64,000 nt of DNA, taken from Selaginella moellendorffii (Eukaryota; Plantae; Lycopodiophyta). Location of the stretch: the NCBI RefSeq assembly GCF_000143415.4, contig NW_003314278.1, forward strand, positions 1,324,673 to 1,388,672, written 5' to 3'. Made by a program: the position numbers and the translations under genes. Positions 57,503 to 64,000 of the stretch are shown one piece after another (the stretch's first letter is position 1; each line of letters opens with the position of its first letter). A model generated the notes under the pieces. It saw nothing but the letters and a program-made list of their open reading frames with translations, was not told the origin of the DNA and did not search any database.

Positions 57503-58869
57503 AAACATGTCAGTGCTCTTTCTTGCAGTTATCCCTGGTTTTAAACCCTCCGTGAGTCAAGCAGAAACATGGGCCGCTGAGTGAGCATGCCTCGTCAAAG
57601 TACCGCCGCCAACCTGAACTTCACGGAGAAAAAATTAACATTTAAAAGTTAAAACTATGCAAAAGGAGGATGACACGTTGTCTTAAATTTAAATTTCTTT
57701 TTGGTAGCAGAATTGGGGAATGCTGACTAAACCTGCCCACAGGTGCCCTGAAACAGAGCGCCCAGATTCAGATAATAAGCCTTAGTATGAAGACTTGCCG
57801 GTACCCAAACTCTTTGCTGATAGCAAGTACCGACTCATGTTCCGGGAGGAAGGTGATGGCGGCTTGCAGCATGACCAACTTTGGGTTTGTGCTTCTAGAG
57901 CACGTTGAAAACATGTCGAAGCTGGTGACGATGGCATTTGTTTCTTGCAATGTACTCACCAGTTCTTCGGCAACGTCTTCCTTCCAGATTTTTTGAGCTT
58001 GTCGTGAGTGGTGACTTGCTTGCTCTCTCCTGTGACAACTTCTTCCAGCCTCTGGTGCCCAACCTCAAGACTCTCTTGTGGATGGAGCTAGCCCTACACA
58101 GTGTGTGTGTGTATCAACCAGCAGATGCACAAATCGTTGAGAATTAATTAGCAACAAGTGTGTATCATAGGCTTAGTACGTAGTGTACTAGTGTACATGT
58201 ACATGTGTTTCAGCTAAATATAATGGGCCAAATACACCGAAGAAGTGTGTATAAGAATAGTAGAAACAAATTAAAAAATGTAAATTAAAAAGTGCAAAAG
58301 AAATGAAAATAAAAATTGTCCATCCTCATCAGTTTGCTGAAATTAAGTTGGATTCAATTCTTCCAGCTCCAAATATTGTGTGATTGAGTTGTAAGTTAAT
58401 TAATAGTAGAAAATAAGAAAAAAACAAACATTGAAGAAATAGTGTTTGATAATATCGTCTTTGCTTTTAGTTTTTTATTTTCGAAAGAAAATTAGTGGGG
58501 GAGTGCTGGTAAAGATATCTTGGCTGTTCATTGGTTAATTAAATGAGCATGTTTAGAGATGTTTATAAAAGTTTAGCTCTGGACCAAGAGTTACCCGAAA
58601 ATTAAAGTTCAAAATTTACGTTTTCCCTATTTGCACAATAACTTAAGCTAAAGTAATGTACTTACCCGTATTTTTTATGGGAAAATTATTATTCGCACGA
58701 AAAAAAAAGGTGAATTTAGAGGATTCTTAAGTAATTTTCAAAAACCCCGACCAAATCTAAAGTGTTGGGGTCATTTTAAAATTTATTCCGGAAATATTCG
58801 AGAAGATTCTTAGGTAAGGCTTTGGCGTGCCTGCGAAGAAGATCTGATCTCGCGGCACGGCCCGAGAAT

Positions 58870-59860
58870 TAATGGCAGCAGCCGCGGAGATTTATGAGGA
58901 GAGGCCTGAGGAGGTGGAGGAAGCAGGAAATCCGATTTTAGGGTTGGAAGAGGAAACAGGGAAATGGGGCTGATCGAGCTGGATCTGGGCCTGCTCGTGC
59001 TCTATCTTCACCAACAGGAGGAGGAAGAGGTGCCCATGGAGGGAGAGGTGGCCATGGAGTGGGAGGAGAGCGCGGGGTGGCCGGGGTTGGCCGCGGATCT
59101 CTGAATCTGGCCCCGGGAGGATTGGGCCATGGTTCTCAGGCGGCTCGAGGAGGGGGTGCCCCGGGAGGAGGAGGCCATGGTTCTACTCTAGGAGGAGGAC
59201 GCCGCGGTTCTTCTCCGGGAGGAGGAGGCCATGGATCATCGCCAGGAGGAGGCCAAGCCTCGGTGGGAGGAGCCGAAGCCACAGCGGGAGGAGTCCAAGC
59301 CGCGCCCGGAGGAGCCCAAGCCACGTCTGGAGGAGTTCCCCTGGAGCACAGCGTGCCGGGAGCTCCAACTACTTTGAGAACCATGGCGGTGAGTTTACAT
59401 TTCTTAGGTTGCATGCATGCATGAGTGATTGAGAGCTCCCGGCCGGGTCATGAAGAAGAGGGAGATGACAGCGTCCCCGATCTGGAACAAGACCCGGATG
59501 CTCACATGGAGGAGCTCCACCACGAGGCTGTCCAGTTTGTGGATACCTCGGGTTTTGCTGCACCTGCTGCTGCGAAGAGAACCCGGGGAAAGAACTGGAA
59601 CCATGCTGAGACCATGGTCCTGATTGATCTCGTTCGGGAAAAACATCTCGCGAAGATTGCGGGGGAGGGAGGAGCAGCCAGCATGTTCTCATGACGAAGA
59701 CACAGCGCTGGAATCTCATCTTTCACCCTTTTGCTTTAGGGTTTAACTCTTTTCTTCAATTAGGTTTTGTTGCTTGCTGTGCAAGCTATTGCGGATGACA
59801 AGAGCCCCGGTCTCCAAGTGCTGCCTGAGGAAGAAGACTGAACTTGAGGTTCGTCGGGCT
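58870..59860 (+). pseudogene. Harbinger ORF1-like gene: Gly-rich repeats and a truncated Myb/SANT motif
   Basis: 27-bp repeats encoding GGGGHGSSP at 59160-59250; KRTRGKNWNHAETMVLIDLVREKH at ~59575-59645; directly upstream of a transposase. Confidence 0.6.
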
Positions 59861-59877
59861 GTGATTGGGAGGAGGTT

Positions 59878-61110
59878 TTGCATCGGCCTGTGGTGGGTGA
59901 AGCCTTGAATGTCACCACCTGGAGTAAGTTTTCTTTGGAGTATTACGATGTGGGGAGGTGGAAGAGGAAACTTCAGATGGAGAAGAGGACCTTCTTCACC
60001 ATTTGTGGCATGCTGGAGAGTGAGATCCGGAAGCAAGATACCGGTTGGAGGAGTGTGGTGCCGGTGGATGTTCGACTGTGGGTAACTTTGTACAAGCTTT
60101 TCAAGAACACAGATTACTTGGATCTGGCAGACAAGTTCGGCATTGGGGAGTCCACAGCTCATGAGATTGTCATGGACACTACTGTGGCAATTGTCAAGTG
60201 TCTCAGGTACAAGATTCATTTTCCTTCAACCGCCAATGAGGTTCAAGCTGTTACTGCTGGCTTTCGACAAGTGACAGGTACATTTTCTTATGTTTTTTGG
60301 ATTGTTATAAGTTTTGATGACCAATGCCTAATGTTGCTGGGGCGATCGACTACTAGACTGGACGGCGAGAGCTACTACGACTGGAAGCAGCGGTACTCGG
60401 TCATCTTGCAAGGGGTTTGTGATGCCCAGAAGAGGTTGCTCAGTGTCTATGCTGGTGGCCAGGATGGTTCTAAAATGTTCTTTTTGCTCGTCCACGACAA
60501 GAGGGTTTTTCGTAATTCAACCCTCAGGAACAAGATTGTAGCAAGGGAGCTGCTGACATCACCCGCGGTGTTAGCATATGGTGATAGGATCAAGCCATAC
60601 CTAGTGGGGGACAAAGGGTACCAACTCCAGCAGCATCTGATGATTCCACACACAAGTAAGTCTTCTTCATTCTACTTTCTTTTGTTCACTTGTTTTGGTT
60701 GTTGCTCAACTCCGAACCCGACACCATCCAAGGCAGCTTTCAACCTTCATCACCACCTTGCTCGGATTGTTATTGAGCAAGCATTTGGACTTCTTAAAAT
60801 GAAGTTCAGATGCTTGGATCAAAAACAAAGGATCCAGCCAAAGTACCTTCCCAACATCATCAAGAGTTGTTGCATCTTGCACAATTTCTTGATTGATGTT
60901 GGGGAGACTGATCTTCAGGTGGAGATCCAAGCTTGGAGGAAAGAGGTGAAAAGGCTCAAGGACCAGGACCTCTTTGTCGATTACGGTGATCCCGAGCAAG
61001 CGGAAGGGGAACCTTGTGAGGAGTTGCACAGTCCAGAGGATGCGAAAGAGGTTAGAGAGAACCTCACGTTTTCCCTCTGTCTTTGCCAGTGGCGTTCGTG
61101 TTTGCTTTGA
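59878..61110 (+). pseudogene. PIF/Harbinger transposase (HARBI1-like), probably defective
   Basis: RWKRKLQMEKRTFFTIC; LADKFGIGESTA; YYDWKQRYSVILQGVCD; HDKRVF; YLVGDKGY; RIVIEQAFGLLKMKFRCL; CCILHNF. The first catalytic motif PNVAGAID (~60327-60350) is out of frame and followed by a stop; two T-rich intron-like stretches are read through by the ORF caller. Confidence 0.85.
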
Positions 61111-61557
61111 AATTTGCCGGGATATAATTCTAAACATTTGAATTTGAATTAAGTGAATTTTAAGTGTTCAAATGCATTGTTTTTAAGTGCGAATCCGAGG
61201 GTGTTTTTCCACTTAAATCTAAGACATGTGCGAATGCAAAAGTCCTTTGCAACACAAATTTTTTCAATGTGGGAACCCAACTTTCTTAATTTTTAAAGTG
61301 GGTCGCTTAAGTTTTTTTTCACTAAATAAATGTGCGAATTGGTCCTTTCTCAACATAAAAGATAATGTTTTGCCAAGCTTACCACAACCACTGGCAACCT
61401 TGATTGTCAATGATGTTGTCCTTGGCTGTGGTATCTATAACCATACAGCTAGGGCCAAAGTTACACCACCAATGGCCCATAGCAAGCACAGCCATGGTGG
61501 CACAAGGTCTCGCCCATGGCTAGCACTACCTTGGCTGACCTTAGCCGTGGCATAGCC

Positions 61558-61700
61558 ATCTACTAGAGGAGCTAGAGGAGAGCTGTTGTAGGAGGAGTGC
61601 TAGAGGAGTTGGAGGAGAGCTGTTGCAGGAGAAGTGCTGGAGGAGCTGGAGAGCTACTATAGGAGGAGTGCTGGAGGAGTTGGAGGAGACTCAATGCACA
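61558..61700 (+). repeat. Degenerate ~39-bp GGA-rich tandem repeat
   Basis: GAGGAGAGCTGTTG(T/C)AGGAG(G/A)AGTGCT(A/G)GAGGAG recurs about 3 times; related units at 61800-61950 and 37580-37730. Confidence 0.75.
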
Positions 61701-63017
61701 AGGGGTTTTGGAGGAGCTAGAGGGTGAGAAAAAATGATTTGATGAAATTAAAAAAAAACTGAAAAATCCAAGAGTAGGATTGGCAAAAGTACAATGTGGA
61801 AGAGAGTTGTTGCAGGAGGAGCACTAGAGGACATGGAGGAGAGTTGCTACAGGAAGAGTGTTGGAGGGAGGAGATATGTTGCATTGGAGGAAAGTAAGAG
61901 CCACTAGAAGAGTTGGGCACTAGAGGAAAATAAGAGTTGCTATGTGGAGAGTTTGGGCATTATACACAATACCATCTACACTAACTAACCCTAACTGTTT
62001 GCTTTGATATTGTCAATTTTTACATAAATAAAATATTTATATGATGTACTCATTTTAATACATTTTTCTATTCATATGTACTTCTTGTTTATCTCTCAAA
62101 GAGTTCAACTAATGTTTTTTTTATCAATTTTATTCTTCCTATAGCAAGCTTAAAGCAAATAGTGAAGAATATAAGGAAGAAGTCCTACACTCTTGCAATA
62201 CTAAAAGCTTGCAAACTTTCCTTTAAGAACATTATTACTAGTAAAAAAGTTCACTTTTTTTGAGTAGTCTGATGTGTTTGTCTTTATAGCATGTCCATAA
62301 ACAGAAAACAAGGATGCTCCTCATAGTAGAGTATCACAGTGATAGAAGAAGTTTGAGCTTCTTCTCCATGCAATGGGCAACAATATAATCAAGTGGCTGT
62401 AGTGATTGATACAAAAGTTCTCCTGGATCTTGCTTGTTAGGCTGGCGTGGCTAAGACACTGATAAAGGTAAGTTCTGCAAAGATTTAATAAGGTTTTGCT
62501 GGATTGTCCTTACTGGGCTTACAGTTAGATCATGGGTGATCAGGAGCTCACAGTTTTGCACAAGATTTGATGAAACATGTTTCTTGCTTGAGCTAGGATC
62601 CTTGATCTGCCATGGGTGGTGATCAATGCATTCACAAAAGGTGCCGGAATGAAATCCAACAGCTTAAGCACTTTCAAAAGACACCCATTCTAGGCATTTG
62701 CAGTGATCATTGCATTCCAAGAGACCAAAGTCCTCTTGCTCAAAACTTCCTGCTATGCTCATGATCACATTTCCAAGATTGAGCTCCATGTTTCTAGAAT
62801 TCTTCTGTGAATCGTCACTTCTTTCTCATACTGCACAGGTCACAAATCACCCAAGAAATCGCCTCATGGAGGCTGCAACGCTCAATAGTTCTAGGACTGG
62901 CAGACAAGCCCTGTCCCATGGACAGCCACTGCTCCTTACGTGGGAATGTGCACATTACAGAGGTTCGTTTCTGTTTTCCAGTCTGTCTTTTAACTCCTCA
63001 AATGTCTTGATCATTAT

Positions 63018-64000
63018 GCCATTGAGAAAATACAGTGTTGGGCAGACTGTTCGAGCTAAAATCCTTTCAAAACGCAAAACCAGCAGAAAGCACAGAAATG
63101 CTGCCACTTTGGATTTATCTCTACGTCCATCTGAGCTTGCAGGTCTGTATGGTGGCCCTTTGAATTAGCTTACTTATCATGACTTGCAGGAAACGATGCT
63201 GCATGCTCAGTGATTACTTTCGAGACCGTAACCATTGAACAGTCGGATATCAGATACGTTCAAGAAGTAAAGGACAACTGGGCATGGCTAGTCCTCTCAC
63301 CCCATCTTAAAGGCTGCCTTTTTATACTGGACACGTCTGACGATCCCTCGGAGCTTGAACGTTTTAGAGCGCTTCAAAGTCGGGGACCCGTTCCAGTGCC
63401 ATATAAGAAGTGTGAACCACGAAAAGTGGATTTGTCTCTACACCCGAAAACAAGTGACGAACAATTCAAGAAAGGCGACCTGTTAGACCGACGAATCACA
63501 CGAGTTTTTGCTGGTGTTGGCGGACATACTGTGCAAGGCAGATGGGAAAGTTTCGGAAAAGTTCATGTAACGATACATGGATTGATGACCCAGCCAGTTT
63601 ATTTACAGAGGGACAGTTTGTAAGGTCTTGGATTTAAAACGACCAGGGAGGGGAAAGATGGGCTTGGAACTTTCAGTAAGTTGGTGGACGTGGTGGTTTT
63701 GAGTCCCTTCCGAGCTATCAAACACTTGAAAGGTAACTTCCGAGATTTGCATTAAATTTTTTTGACTCTGCATCCAATGCTCGTATTGTCAATTCCGTGT
63801 TGGAACTTAAGCAAGATATGAAGTGCAAGTAAGCAGAAACCTTGCATGCTGTGGACATGACTTGTTTTTGTGTTGCAGGGTTTTGTCAAGAATGTGACGG
63901 AGAAAGGTTGTTTTGTGGTCCTGGCACCTTCACTTGAAGCTAGAATTCAACTGAAGAACCTATCAAACTCGTTTGTACAAAACCCTGCAGAAATGTTTCC
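63018..64000 (+). pseudogene. RRP5: Second RRP5 fragment (duplicate of 38860-39830) with its own frameshifts
   Basis: PLRKYSVGQTVRAKILS; YVQEVKDNWAWLVLSP; GFVKNVTEKGCFVVL. Confidence 0.85.

Noticed and set aside
57760-58100. Short minus-strand ORFs downstream of the DYW gene
   Set aside because: Under 70 aa with no recognisable domain.
59878-61110. Intact 410-aa domesticated HARBI1/ALP1 gene
   Set aside because: The ORF reads through intron-like stretches, and the GAID catalytic motif is frameshifted and followed by a stop.

Overview
Eukaryotic plant nuclear DNA, inferred to be a lycophyte such as Selaginella (very short introns, abundant PLS-class PPR sequence, a PGxSWW-type DYW domain, one N gap). 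Bases 1-35.3 kb are a retrotransposon nest. A degenerate Ty3/gypsy host element is present twice in opposite orientation. The + copy carries up to four levels of TSD-verified insertions: three copies of a LARD-like family with microsatellite-rich ~1.6-kb LTRs, an old TRIM, and a complete 5S-rRNA-bearing Cassandra TRIM. Bases 35.5-46.2 kb are a mosaic of host-gene fragments (SEC16 twice as an inverted pair, RRP5, PPR, CYP28) and a decayed PIF/Harbinger transposon that contains a 92-bp Cassandra solo LTR. Bases 47-53 kb hold more gypsy debris, including a ~350-bp foldback. The only long intact host ORF (54416-57157) is the most interesting feature. It is a PLS-PPR/DYW editing-factor gene with an OSB-type PDF (ssDNA-binding) motif at its N-terminus, a young 333-bp tandem expansion of S-P-L triplets, and a ~160-bp in-place inversion of the E+/gating segment of its DYW domain. 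The catalytic half stays in frame, and a predicted phase-0 intron could bypass the inversion. The window ends with a second Harbinger element and a duplicate of the PPR/RRP5 fragment cassette. All family assignments come from motif recognition by eye; no database searches were run.
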